A stretch of DNA of 59,776 bases, filler included. It is 4 parts of 4 records of this genome, joined end to end, with 100 filler letters (N's around TTAATTAATTAA, not from the genome) between each part and the next. Parts side by side here need not be neighbours in the genome. Positions count along the whole stretch, not along the records: positions 17,868 to 32,630 come from SRR20825006_1618; positions 32,731 to 47,549 come from SRR20825006_1623; 2 more parts are not named here. One strand, 5' to 3'. This document shows positions 29,547-39,843 of this stretch, one piece after another; position 1 is the stretch's first letter; every line of letters starts with the position of its first letter. The notes beneath the pieces were generated by a model that saw only the letters and a list, made by a program, of their open reading frames with translations, did not search any database and had not been told where the DNA came from. A program made the translations under genes and the position numbers.

Positions 29547-31079
29547 TTACTTCAACCGCTGGCCGTTCGCCAGAACATGGCCCTCTTCGTTGATCTCAAG
29601 CTTGGACTTCAGCGAATCCGGCCCGTCTCCCGGTACGGTAAAAAGCCCCATCATCATCCGCGCGCCCATGGCCTGTTCTTCGGGCAGCAGGCCCATCGCC
29701 ACCAGCTTGTCGATCAGCCCGTTGCCACCGACCAGCGTCAGATCAAGGCTGCCCGTCGGTTTGGGCATGCCGTCAAAGGTGGTCATGTCGGTGTTGTCAA
29801 AGGTAAAGGCCCCCGAACCGTTCAGCTTGGCCCCTGCGGCCTCGACGGTCACATCCTTGACATCCAGCGCGTTCAACTCACCCGGTGCCTCTTCCGATGC
29901 TTCCATCGCGGCGGCCTCTTCCGGGTCCATATAATTGACCAACAGAGTTGCCTTGCCCGCCAGATCGACGGCGACAGTGGCCGGATCGCGCGGCAGCTGT
30001 GCCTGCGGATCGAACATGCCCCACAGCACGTCGGACATTGTGAACCCTTCCAGCGCCAGCTTCAGGCCGAAATCCTGCTCTTCGTCGGATTTCTGCACGG
30101 GGAGCATCAGGCCGAACACCATGTTTTCCATGTTCAGATCAATCGGGATCGGCATCTGGGACATCAGCGCCTTGATCGCCAGACCCGATTGCGAACCGGA
30201 ATAGGACAGTCCGTCCTCGGACATGCCCACGGTCAGCGCGCCGCCGGTCGACGAGGTGTTCACCGTGCCGCCGCCGTCGGGCCCGTCAAACTTGATGTCT
30301 GTCTTGCCGTTGCCATAGGTGAACTCGCCCTCAAATCCGAACCCGGCGTCGATCATCGCATTCACGTCCGAGGGATCGTCGACGGTGGGGATGTTGCCGC
30401 CACCTGTGAACGACATGCTGTCCAAGCCGCCGGTGAGGGTGGCCGATCCGTCATCTTCGGGGCTGGCAAAGGCCATGTCATAGGTCACGGGACCGGTTGT
30501 CATCGTCTGGCTGACATTGCGCAGATTGTCTTGAAGAATCCGCGACACGCCGCTGACATCGGCCAGCGATACATCGACGCGGGCGACGTCGGAACCGATG
30601 GGTTTGCCGTCAACGGTCAGCTTCGCCAGTTTCATTCCGACGCTGTCGGCGGAGTAGGTATAGGTCAGGTCATCGGGGTCGCCGGTGACGACCATGTCAA
30701 AACCGTTCTGGAGATAGTCGATGGCCAGATCAAACGGCTTCCCGTCCGCAGGAGTGCCGTCGACCGTGATCGCGCTGGTTTCGGGGACCTGGATTGACAC
30801 GCTGCCATCGCCCACTTCGGTAAAGGTCACGCTGTCCATGGTCATCGCGGCTTTGACCGTGTCCACGTCGGTGGACAGGTCGATTTCCATGCGCACGTCG
30901 GACACGGTCAGCGTGTCGCCCGACTGGGCTTCGGTGCCGGTCACCTCGTAGCCCATATCGCTCATGTAATCGCGCCAGTTGTTCCAGACGTCTGCGGCGG
31001 TCACATCGGCATATGCGGCAGAAGTCCCAAGGCAAATGGCAAGGGCAGTACTGCTGGAATAGCGGGCAAAACGGGTCAT
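29547..31079 (-). CDS. Exported DUF2125-type protein
   Basis: Signal peptide, ADVTAADVW, FDPQAQLPRDPAT, GARMMMGLF, ANGQRLK. Confidence 0.85.
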   Translation of the reverse strand: MTRFARYSSSTALAICLGTSAAYADVTAADVWNNWRDYMSDMGYEVTGTEAQSGDTLTVSDVRMEIDLSTDVDTVKAAMTMDSVTFTEVGDGSVSIQVPETSAITVDGTPADGKPFDLAIDYLQNGFDMVVTGDPDDLTYTYSADSVGMKLAKLTVDGKPIGSDVARVDVSLADVSGVSRILQDNLRNVSQTMTTGPVTYDMAFASPEDDGSATLTGGLDSMSFTGGGNIPTVDDPSDVNAMIDAGFGFEGEFTYGNGKTDIKFDGPDGGGTVNTSSTGGALTVGMSEDGLSYSGSQSGLAIKALMSQMPIPIDLNMENMVFGLMLPVQKSDEEQDFGLKLALEGFTMSDVLWGMFDPQAQLPRDPATVAVDLAGKATLLVNYMDPEEAAAMEASEEAPGELNALDVKDVTVEAAGAKLNGSGAFTFDNTDMTTFDGMPKPTGSLDLTLVGGNGLIDKLVAMGLLPEEQAMGARMMMGLFTVPGDGPDSLKSKLEINEEGHVLANGQRLK

Positions 31080-31238
31080 GAAATGAATCCTTCAAGGGGT
31101 CGGTTGAACGCGAGGTTGCACTATCGTGTTGCAGGCCCGTGTGCGCGTCAAGGGGGAGCAGGGTCGGGATTCTCCCCACTGGACGCGGGCCTTGTTGCGC
31201 ACTACGCCTTGGGCGCAAACAAATAAAGGACCCGGCAA

Positions 31239-31988
31239 ATGGACATGACAGGACAAGTGGTGATGATCACCGGCGCGAGCCGTGGCATCGGTGCCGAAAC
31301 CGCGCGGATTTTCGCCGGCGCGGGGGCCAAGGTGGCGCTGCTGGCGCGCAGCGAGAACGATATTGCCGAGCTGGCAGGCGAGATTGGTCCGGCGGCGATT
31401 GCGATTCCCTGCGATGTCAGCCGCTATTGGGAGGTCGAGGCGGCGGTGAATGCAACGGTCAAAACCTTTGGCGGGCTGAACGTGCTGATCAACAATGCCG
31501 GCGTGATCGAACCCATCTCGCATCTGATCGCGGCCGATCCTGCCGAATGGGCCAAGGTGATCGACATCAACCTGGGCGGCGTGTTCAACGGGATGCGCGC
31601 GGCGGTTCCGGTGATGATCAAGGGCGGCGGCGGTTCGGTGCTGACCATCAGTTCGGGCGCGGCCCATGGGCCGGTCGAGGCCTGGAGCCATTACTGCGCA
31701 TCCAAGGCTGCCGTTCACATGCTGACTGCCTGCCTGGACAAGGAAAACGCCGCCGACGGCATCCGCGCCATGGGCCTGTCGCCGGGCACCGTTGCCACCC
31801 AGATGCAGCGCGAGATCAAGCAAAGCGGCGTGAATCCGATCAGCAAGCTGGACTGGTCCGACCACATCCCCGCCGACTGGCCTGCCAAGGCGCTGCTGTG
31901 GATGTGTTCCAAGGATGCCGATGGCTATTGCGGTCAGGAAATCTCGCTGCGCGATGAAGAGATCCGCGCCAAGGTCGGCCTGTCGTGA
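31239..31988 (+). CDS. Short-chain dehydrogenase/reductase
   Basis: TGASRGIG, NNAG, YCASK. Confidence 0.93.
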   Translation: MDMTGQVVMITGASRGIGAETARIFAGAGAKVALLARSENDIAELAGEIGPAAIAIPCDVSRYWEVEAAVNATVKTFGGLNVLINNAGVIEPISHLIAADPAEWAKVIDINLGGVFNGMRAAVPVMIKGGGGSVLTISSGAAHGPVEAWSHYCASKAAVHMLTACLDKENAADGIRAMGLSPGTVATQMQREIKQSGVNPISKLDWSDHIPADWPAKALLWMCSKDADGYCGQEISLRDEEIRAKVGLS

Positions 31989-32599
31989 TCGAACTGGCCA
32001 AGGATGGCGGCGTCTGGACGGTTACGATCAACCGTCCGGACAAAGCCAATTCGCTGACGCCGGACATGCTGGCCGAACTGGCGGACATCGCCGAAAGCGC
32101 CACTGAGGCCCGCGCCTTGATCCTGACGGGGCGGGGCAAGGTGTTCAGCGCCGGTGCTGACCTCGATGCTGCGCGCGCGGGCATGGCCACCTCGCCCGAT
32201 TGGGAACGGCTGTCGTCGGCCATTGCGCGGCTGCCGGGGCTGACCATCACTGCGCTGAACGGGACGCTGGCGGGTGGCGCCACGGGCATGGCGCTGGCCT
32301 GCGATCTGCGCATTGCCGTTGCGGGGGCCAGGTTCTTCTATCCGGTGATGAAGCTGGGGTTTTTGCCGCAGCCGTCTGATCCGGCCCGCATGGCGGCACT
32401 GATTGGCCCCGCGCGGACCAAGCTGATCCTGATGGGCGGCCAGAAAATCGACGCCGACACTGCCCTTGCCTTCGGCCTGATCGACCGCATCGTAAGCGAT
32501 GACCTCCTTGTGCAAACCGCAATGGACATCGCTGCCGACACGCTTGCCGCAGATCCTGCCATCGCCCGCCAGATCAAGATGATGTGCAGCCCCGGCTGA
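31985..32599 (+). CDS. Enoyl-CoA hydratase/isomerase family protein
   Basis: NRPDKANSL, FSAGADL, NGTLAGG, ALACDLR. Confidence 0.92.
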   Translation: MIELAKDGGVWTVTINRPDKANSLTPDMLAELADIAESATEARALILTGRGKVFSAGADLDAARAGMATSPDWERLSSAIARLPGLTITALNGTLAGGATGMALACDLRIAVAGARFFYPVMKLGFLPQPSDPARMAALIGPARTKLILMGGQKIDADTALAFGLIDRIVSDDLLVQTAMDIAADTLAADPAIARQIKMMCSPG

Positions 32600-32630
32600 A
32601 CCTTCATCTTGCCTGATAAACTCCGGGGGA

Positions 32631-32730
32631 NNNNNNNNNNNNNNNNNNNNNNNNNNNNNNNNNNNNNNNNNNNNTTAATTAATTAANNNNNNNNNNNNNN
32701 NNNNNNNNNNNNNNNNNNNNNNNNNNNNNN
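32631..32730. other. Artificial contig linker
   Basis: N-run with central TTAATTAATTAA. Confidence 0.99.
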
Positions 32731-32731
32731 C

Positions 32732-33424
32732 GAGTTTATGGAGAAACATTCGGTCGCGCGGCTTATTGGTGCTCCTCCCGGTTATGTTGGGTATGAAGAA
32801 GGCGGCGTGCTGACAGAGGCGGTGCGCAGACGCCCTTATCAGGTGGTGTTGTTTGATGAGGTCGAGAAGGCGCACCCTGATGTCTTTAACGTGCTGTTGC
32901 AGGTGCTGGATGACGGCCGTCTTACAGATGGGCAGGGTCGCACAGTTGATTTCACCAACACCATGATCATCCTAACCTCCAACCTTGGTTCGCATTTGAT
33001 AGCGGAATTGGGGGAGGATGACCCGGTTGAAAAAGTGCGCGACGGTGTGATGGACGTGGTGAAAAGTGCATTCAGGCCCGAGTTCATTAACCGGCTGGAT
33101 GAAATCATCCTGTTCCACCGGCTCGCGCGGGCGCACATGGCGGGCATTGTTGATATCCAGCTTGAACGGCTTCACAAATTGCTGGTGGACCGCAAGATCA
33201 CGCTCACCCTTGATGATGCCGCCCGCAACTGGCTCGCGGATGCAGGCTATGACCCGGTATATGGCGCGCGCCCGCTCAAGCGAACAGTGCAGAAGAATAT
33301 TCAGGACCCGCTGGCCGAACGTATTCTGCGCGGTGACGTGAAGCCCGGGGATACCGTTTTTGTTTCGGTTCAGGACGGCGCCTTGACCTTTGAAGCTAAG
33401 GCGGACGCATCTGCCGCCGCTTGA
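32732..33424 (+). CDS. clpB: ClpB chaperone, C-terminal part
   Basis: [43 protein letters not shown]. Confidence 0.96.
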   Translation, partial: EFMEKHSVARLIGAPPGYVGYEEGGVLTEAVRRRPYQVVLFDEVEKAHPDVFNVLLQVLDDGRLTDGQGRTVDFTNTMIILTSNLGSHLIAELGEDDPVEKVRDGVMDVVKSAFRPEFINRLDEIILFHRLARAHMAGIVDIQLERLHKLLVDRKITLTLDDAARNWLADAGYDPVYGARPLKRTVQKNIQDPLAERILRGDVKPGDTVFVSVQDGALTFEAKADASAAA

Positions 33425-33440
33425 TAATAAAGCCATTATG

Positions 33441-33464
33441 AAAGGCCGCCATTGGCGGCCTTTT
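33441..33464 (+). terminator. Terminator after clpB
   Basis: AAAGGCCGCCA-T-TGGCGGCCTTTT inverted repeat. Confidence 0.8.
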
Positions 33465-33536
33465 CCGACCGGCGTTTGACATGAATTGGAGCAAGAGCGC
33501 ATATTGCACACAGACACCATGTGCTGAAGGTTCCAA

Positions 33537-34582
33537 ATGCGTCACAAGCTCTGCAAGCGGATGTTCAAGTTTTGGCGGCAACACGCCGTGTCAGGCAAGT
33601 TGCCTGAGCTCCGGGAATTTTTGAAGAAACAGAGCTGAACTTTCGCAAAGCCGGTGTGATCATCGTGCGTGAAGCGGGTGATGTTTTCTATGACTTTTGC
33701 GGTGACGAGGTGATGGAAGTGCTTGGCGCAGATATCCTCGGCCAGTCCATGACCTTCTGCTATCCGGAAAAATTCAAGGCGCTACAGCTTGAAAGTGCAG
33801 ACATCTGTTTTGACCAACAGGTGGGATTGGACCGATACTCCCGCTTCTGGTTTGGTCATCGGCATAAGGACGTGGAATGGCTGTTGCTGCCGGCCCGTGA
33901 CGCTATAGGCGACCGGATCGTGCTTGTTGGCATGTCTGCTACCTTTGTTGAGCATGACGAGCTGGATGTGCTTGCAGCGGGCTCTGACCTTGTGGAACGC
34001 ATCATCGCGCAAGATTACCTCGCTCTTGGCAAAGAGGTGCAGCTTGGCCATCTGAGCCGCCAGAGCTGGGCGGTGCTGGATGCCATGGGCGCCAGCGTGA
34101 GCGTGGACGGCGAGCCAGTACCGCGCAGCACCATGGCTATGGGCGGTGAAGCTGCCTATGCGGCGCGCAAGGCGTCGCTCGCGAAAGTATTGGCTGTTGC
34201 GAGCCGACAGGAATTTTTCGGCCATGCCAGCAAGCTCAGCAAGCTTTATAATTTTCATCAGGTTGAAACTTTTGGTGAAGCGCTGGCGGTTCTTGAGAAG
34301 GACCGGGTGGACGTCTTGATTGCCGACGAGCGTATTGAGGGTGGTGTTGGCCTTGACCTCATCCAGATTGTGCAAAACCAGAAAGAAGCGGCTGCCTGTG
34401 TGCTGTTGCTGACGCCACGCGTCGGAGCGGAAGACGCTACGATTAGAACCGAGAACGGGTTTGTTCATCTGCTTGTAAAACCGGCGGGGGATTTTGCGCT
34501 TCGGAAAGCGATAGATGACGCAGGTATTTTTGTGCGTACGCGCCAGAAAACCCGGTTTTATGAGGAAGGTGACAAAGCCTGA
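33537..34582 (+). pseudogene. PAS-like + atypical receiver-domain protein with a 1-nt frameshift
   Basis: MRHKLCKRMFKFWRQHAVSGKLPELREF from ATG 33537 joins EETELNFRKAGVIIVR (frame of ORF 33656) if one T is added to T5 at 33618-33622; C-terminal receiver-like VDVLIADE...LVKP. Confidence 0.65.
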
Positions 34583-34630
34583 CAGAGGGTTCGCGAAGCT
34601 GGACCCAAATGAGCTTCTGGGCTAAAACTC

Positions 34631-36475
34631 ATGCAAACGGGGCATGGGAGATTTTCTAGCGTGAACGCATCTATTTCGGCATTGTTGCAACAGGCGGTAA
34701 CACAGGTGCAGCAAGGCAATATAGCCGCCGCTGAGGGCATTCTTATCCCCCTCAATATGCGTACACCTGGCCACCCGGATGTGTTGCACCTTCTCGCCAT
34801 GGCGGCCAAACAGAAGGGCGATCATGGCCGCGCCGAGCATTTCTTTCGTGAGAGTTTGAAAGCATCCCCCGGGCAGGCTGCTGTACACGCTAATCTTGCC
34901 AATATGTTGGCCCACCTAGACCGCACAGATGAGGCGCTTGCGTCCTACCGAAAGGCGGTAGAGATAGAACCCGGTTTTGCAACGGGTTGGCATAACCTGG
35001 CATTGATGTTGTCGGAAACGGCAGATCATGATGGCGCGTTGGATGCTGCAAAAAAATATGAAGCCCTTGTGAAAAGGACGGCTGCAAGTGCTGAGCTCTT
35101 CGCCAGCATCTATCAGCACGCGGGTAATTTTTTGGCGGCCCGCGATACGCTTGAGGATTTTCTCGCCCGCGACCCCAATAACGCACGGGGCTGGAATGTG
35201 CTGGGGTCTTTGCTGCGCAAGGATGCTGAATTTAGCGACGCCGCCAAGGCGTTTGAAAAAGCCCGGTCTCTTGGCTTCCATGACCCGGACATGTATCAAA
35301 ACCTGGCTGAAGCCTACTATGAGGAACAGGAGCTTGGTAAAGCGGTTTCTGTGCTGGATGCCGCCGTACAAACCCTGCCGGATAACGGGCAGTTGCATTA
35401 TGTGCGGGCCAAATTCCGCTGGGAATCGATGCCGGACGAAGATCACCTGGCGGCGCTTAAGCAGGCTATCCCGAAACAACCCAACAATATTTCCTTGTGG
35501 GGAGCGTATTTTGATCTCCTGAGCCACGAGGGCCGATTTGAAGATATTCTCAAAGGTTTGTCTGAGGCGTATCGCTTTAATATCCGTGCGCCTCGCTTAA
35601 GCCTTGCCGAGGCCGTTGCCTTGTCACGGACCGAAAAGCTTGATGAAGCAACTGCGGTTTTTGAGAAACTGCTGCAAACTGACCCGGATAGTGCCCCGCC
35701 AAAATTGAACTATGCTTCGCATCTGATGAAGGCGGGTGACCCAGAAAAAGCGGAAAAGCTGTGTGCTGATGTGTTGGCCGCCGACCCCGGCAACCAGAAA
35801 GCCTGGACCTTCCGCGGCACTGCTTGGCAGTTGATGGGTGATGATCGGGCGAACTGGCTGTTTGATTTTGAGCGCATGGTGAACCCTGTCGATGTTGACC
35901 CGCCGGAAGGTTATGACAGCCGCGAGACCTTTTTTGAGGCAGCCCGGCAGGAGCTTGATAACCTGCATCGTATGCAGTCTCACCCTTTGGACCAGACACT
36001 GCGGGGAGGCACACAAACCAATGGCTTCCTGTTTCGCATTAAGAACCCCGTGTTGCAGGCGCTTCGTACGCAGATAAACAATGCCGTGGAAAAGGTTATC
36101 GCTGATTTTCCGGATGATGCGGATCACCCGTTCTGGTGCCGCCGGAGCGCTGGTTTTGATTTCAGTGGTGCTTGGTCTGTGCGCCTGAAAAGCCAAGGGT
36201 ATCACACCAATCATTTCCATCCAGAGGGCTGGCTGAGCTCTGCGCTGTATATCGCGCTGCCGCAGGAGGTGAAAACCGGAAGCGGCACAGAAGGGCACAT
36301 CCAGTTTGGGGTGCCAACGGTGGAAATGGGCGTTGAACTTGCCCCGGGGCGGATTGTCAAACCTGAGGTCGGGCGGCTGGTGCTTTTCCCGTCCTATATG
36401 TGGCATGGGACGATCCCCTTCACCTCTGATGAGCCAAGGATGACGGTCGCTTTTGATGTGGTACCTAAACCCTAA
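34631..36475 (+). CDS. TPR-repeat + putative 2OG-Fe(II) oxygenase (TIGR02466-like)
   Basis: Long TPR region; QTLRGGTQT, AWSVRL, GYHTNHFHPEGWLSSALY, LVLFPSYMWHGT, RMTVAFD. Confidence 0.88.
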   Translation: MQTGHGRFSSVNASISALLQQAVTQVQQGNIAAAEGILIPLNMRTPGHPDVLHLLAMAAKQKGDHGRAEHFFRESLKASPGQAAVHANLANMLAHLDRTDEALASYRKAVEIEPGFATGWHNLALMLSETADHDGALDAAKKYEALVKRTAASAELFASIYQHAGNFLAARDTLEDFLARDPNNARGWNVLGSLLRKDAEFSDAAKAFEKARSLGFHDPDMYQNLAEAYYEEQELGKAVSVLDAAVQTLPDNGQLHYVRAKFRWESMPDEDHLAALKQAIPKQPNNISLWGAYFDLLSHEGRFEDILKGLSEAYRFNIRAPRLSLAEAVALSRTEKLDEATAVFEKLLQTDPDSAPPKLNYASHLMKAGDPEKAEKLCADVLAADPGNQKAWTFRGTAWQLMGDDRANWLFDFERMVNPVDVDPPEGYDSRETFFEAARQELDNLHRMQSHPLDQTLRGGTQTNGFLFRIKNPVLQALRTQINNAVEKVIADFPDDADHPFWCRRSAGFDFSGAWSVRLKSQGYHTNHFHPEGWLSSALYIALPQEVKTGSGTEGHIQFGVPTVEMGVELAPGRIVKPEVGRLVLFPSYMWHGTIPFTSDEPRMTVAFDVVPKP

Positions 36476-38145
36476 AGCAAACTGGCCTTTGCAAGATAGT
36501 CCCGCAACGGAGTAAGGTGCTCGTCATAATGTTTGTGGCGGCCACTTGAGCGAGTATATAGCGGTTCTCGCACCTGCCAGTAGCTGACGGTTTTCACCGT
36601 GTTTCTCAGTTTGTGAAACTCCAAGCAGCCCTCATGCCAAGGTAAGCCCAGAAATTCGAGAAGCGCTTTTGTCTGATCACGGGGGGTCTCAACAAAAGTA
36701 TCATAATGTATCTCGAATATGTCGTCCGGGAACAGCGCCTTCCAGTGCGCCATTAGCCTGTGCTGCTGTACATAATAATGGCCAATGTCGAGAAGATTGC
36801 GCGCATAAGCCATGCTGTCCGCAAGCTCGAGGAAATAAACCGACAGGCAATTATCCAGCGGATGCCGTGTGGTGTGAATGAAGCGAGCATTCGGGAACAG
36901 GGTTTTGATGAGCCCAATATAGAGGAAGTTGTCCGGACGTTTATCGGTGACGAGCCCACTGTTTCCAAACCGGTTTTCCAGCAAGCTGATATAGGCGTCG
37001 GCCATAGGCGTCAGGTCTGCTGCGGTTTTATCCGTGATGCTGGCCGGAAACGGCGCCAGGTCCCGGCTCACAAGGGATACAAAATATTCCAGCTCGCCTC
37101 CGGGGGTCGCATCAGGGTGGGCTGCGATAACCTGTTCTATCAAGGTAGAGCCAGAGCGGAACATGCCACAGATGAAGGTGGGCTGAGCATCCGATATAAC
37201 GGGCAGGTTTTTAAACCAGTGAGTGGAGAATGTGTCCCGAATAGCCGCAAAGAAGGCATCGCTTTCATTCCTGTCATAAGGAGGGGCGATGCTTGAGGCA
37301 GTCCGGTTAGCTGTCTGGTAGCACTTAAAAGCCTTATTGTAGTGTCCTCGCGCGTCATGGGCTTTGCCAAGCGCAAAGTTCAAGCTGGATGCCTCGCGAG
37401 GCGCGGCATTCTTGACCTTGGCAAGCGTGGTGGCATTGGCGAGCAGGCCATCATTTATTTCTGTGGCGGTGCTTAGGTTCAAGAGCCGTGCCAGCGCAAT
37501 GGCGTTCCCCGGCGCGATATCCGCCACGCGGCGATACAGTTCAGCAGCAGCGTCGCGGTTTGAACGCTCCTCATGCAGGTTGGCATAGTTCAGTAAGGCA
37601 GGGACATACGTGGGATTGATCTTGAGCGCAGATTGTAGGCACTGCTCAGCCCGATCATCCTGCCGCAGGTGATCGCTATAGATTACCGCCTTGTTGAGCC
37701 AAACCTCCTCAGGACCATCGATGTTCAGTGCCAGTGCTTGATCATAGGCCTTGAGCGCATCCTCAAAGCGCCCGGCGCTGCGCAGGAGGAAACCATGATT
37801 GAAATAGCCCGTCGCATATCCAGGCAGTTCTTTGTGCAATTTCTCGAAGGCGACATCTGCTTTGTCAAAAGCATCAGCACGGCCATAGATGTCAGCGGCA
37901 TCCGCAAGAATTTGCGCGGGCTCGGGCACCCGTGTCGCCACGTTCATCATGTAATCAGCGGCAGCCACCAAGTGACCTTCGTCAAGGTTCAGCCGGATAA
38001 GCGCACTGAGAACCTGCACCTGTGGGGCATCGGTGCCGATAAGACCTTCAAACAGTTCGATGGCTTTTTGGCGGTCTCCCGCCCGGGCGAATTGCACAGC
38101 GCGTGCAAACCTGTCGCGTGCGCTATGTTCGCTTGTGTTAGCCAT
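36472..38145 (-). CDS. TPR-repeat sulfotransferase
   Basis: 5'-PSB loop GMFRSGSTL, TDKRP, 3'-PB RHPLDNCLS, QVREPLY. Confidence 0.92.
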   Translation of the reverse strand: MANTSEHSARDRFARAVQFARAGDRQKAIELFEGLIGTDAPQVQVLSALIRLNLDEGHLVAAADYMMNVATRVPEPAQILADAADIYGRADAFDKADVAFEKLHKELPGYATGYFNHGFLLRSAGRFEDALKAYDQALALNIDGPEEVWLNKAVIYSDHLRQDDRAEQCLQSALKINPTYVPALLNYANLHEERSNRDAAAELYRRVADIAPGNAIALARLLNLSTATEINDGLLANATTLAKVKNAAPREASSLNFALGKAHDARGHYNKAFKCYQTANRTASSIAPPYDRNESDAFFAAIRDTFSTHWFKNLPVISDAQPTFICGMFRSGSTLIEQVIAAHPDATPGGELEYFVSLVSRDLAPFPASITDKTAADLTPMADAYISLLENRFGNSGLVTDKRPDNFLYIGLIKTLFPNARFIHTTRHPLDNCLSVYFLELADSMAYARNLLDIGHYYVQQHRLMAHWKALFPDDIFEIHYDTFVETPRDQTKALLEFLGLPWHEGCLEFHKLRNTVKTVSYWQVREPLYTRSSGRHKHYDEHLTPLRDYLAKASLL

Positions 38146-39709
38146 TGATCAGCCCGGCGGCTGTTAGTTTTTCCTGCAGGACACTCAGATGTTTTTCGAA
38201 GTTCCGCCAGTTATGAACAGAGCTGGTGTAAATTGGTTCGCGAATTTGCGCAGCACTTGCTGTCGATGATGCGGATGTGGACTTCTCGACCGTGGTGAGT
38301 TCATCGGACCATGACAAGCCACAGTGCTTTGCGATACGTTTTCCTTCGGTCTTTGGCGCCGCGACAAGGGCTTCATAAGATACATCTAAAATATCGTCTG
38401 GCATCACCGTGCGCCAGTGGGCCATCAGTTGGTGATATGCGACATAATATTCGGCAAGATCGGACATGTCGTACGAGAAGAAATACGCCTGATTAAACAG
38501 TGTTTTGTAGACCGCGAAGCATGTATCCAGTGGATCGCGTACGAGGTGGATAATCCTGGCATTGGGCAGGGCTTTCTTTATGAGCCCACAATAGAGGAAA
38601 TTGAACGGCAGTTTGTCAGTGAAACGTTTCGCCCCGCCGATCATGCCGTGGACATTTTGCAAATATAATTCGCCCATACGAGAATAGTCAGCTTCCAGTG
38701 CGGCGCTGAGTGGATTGAGATTTCTGTCTGGATGCTGGGTGATATGCGCGTTGATCACAGCGCGCATGGCCATGGAAAAATCGTTCAGTTCGCCCCCAGG
38801 GGTGACATCACGGTGATTGCCCAATATACGTTCAACAAGAGTGGTGCCGGTACGTGGCATGCCCACGACAAAGATGGGCGCATCTTCGCTCGTACCAGCA
38901 GGAATTTTGTCAAAGGCTTCTTTCGTGAAGGCGTTTGCGACATCCGTCATGTTCTGCACTTCGGCACTGATGTCATAGCGCAGGTGTCCGCGCTGAATAT
39001 CCGCGCCGCGTTTGAGCGCTGCAAACGCAGCGTCGTAATTGCCGATGTCTTCCTGTTCTTTGGCGAGGGCGTAGGCTGCGCCCACTTCGTCCTTCCAGCC
39101 AAGCTTCTGACCCAGCACAGCTTGCAGCATGATGGTGTGGTTGGCTTCGGGTGTTTGTTTCTTAAGTTTAGCGCGCAGCATCAACGCTTCGCCGTGGTCT
39201 GGTACTTGGGTAAGAAAGCGGGACACAGCGTCTTCTGCACTTTCCATATCGCCACAATAGTAGCAGTTTTTAGCCAGTTCGAACAAAAAGTGTGGATTGT
39301 CGGCACCGAGTGATTTTGCTTTAGCGAAATAGTCCTCGGCTCCCGCGGGGTTATCTGCCTGAGAGAATATCTGCGCCGCCTGAAATTGAATGCCGGCGTC
39401 TTCAGGTTTGAGGGCTGCGGCAGCCTTTGCGCTTTCCTGAGCCGCAATACCCTGACGCAGCATCAGTTCAACTTGTGCTTTTTTAAGGTGTAGGGCTGGC
39501 GCTCCGCCGTCAAGTTCAATGGCGCGACCGATGTACTGGAGAGCTTCAGTAAAACGCCCCTGATAAAGTGCTACCTCGCAGGCAAAATAGGAAACCGGGG
39601 GCAGGTCAGGCAACTGGGCCAAGAGGGTTCTACTGATTCCTTCAGCCTGTTCAGGCTTTTTGTCGGCGAGAAGTTGCAAGCCTTGGCGAATAAGGTGAAG
39701 CGCATCCAT
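38138..39709 (-). CDS. TPR-repeat sulfotransferase (second)
   Basis: GMPRTGTTL, TDKLP, RDPLDTC, TASAAQIREPIY; overlaps the start of the next gene. Confidence 0.92.
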   Translation of the reverse strand: MDALHLIRQGLQLLADKKPEQAEGISRTLLAQLPDLPPVSYFACEVALYQGRFTEALQYIGRAIELDGGAPALHLKKAQVELMLRQGIAAQESAKAAAALKPEDAGIQFQAAQIFSQADNPAGAEDYFAKAKSLGADNPHFLFELAKNCYYCGDMESAEDAVSRFLTQVPDHGEALMLRAKLKKQTPEANHTIMLQAVLGQKLGWKDEVGAAYALAKEQEDIGNYDAAFAALKRGADIQRGHLRYDISAEVQNMTDVANAFTKEAFDKIPAGTSEDAPIFVVGMPRTGTTLVERILGNHRDVTPGGELNDFSMAMRAVINAHITQHPDRNLNPLSAALEADYSRMGELYLQNVHGMIGGAKRFTDKLPFNFLYCGLIKKALPNARIIHLVRDPLDTCFAVYKTLFNQAYFFSYDMSDLAEYYVAYHQLMAHWRTVMPDDILDVSYEALVAAPKTEGKRIAKHCGLSWSDELTTVEKSTSASSTASAAQIREPIYTSSVHNWRNFEKHLSVLQEKLTAAGLING

Positions 39710-39793
39710 GGTGTCGTCCCTGTGTTGCGGCACGTTTGCCGGGCCGTAATTCTTGGTCTTAGCCTAGGGCTGAGAAAAATTGAATAAAAGATT

Positions 39794-39820
39794 AAAAAAG
39801 GCGGGCCGAAGCCCGCCTTT
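39794..39820 (-). terminator. Terminator after the TonB-dependent receptor
   Basis: AAAAAAGGCGGGC-CGAA-GCCCGCCTTT; U-tract on the minus strand. Confidence 0.85.
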
Positions 39821-39843
39821 CCAAAAAGATTATGCCGACTGAA

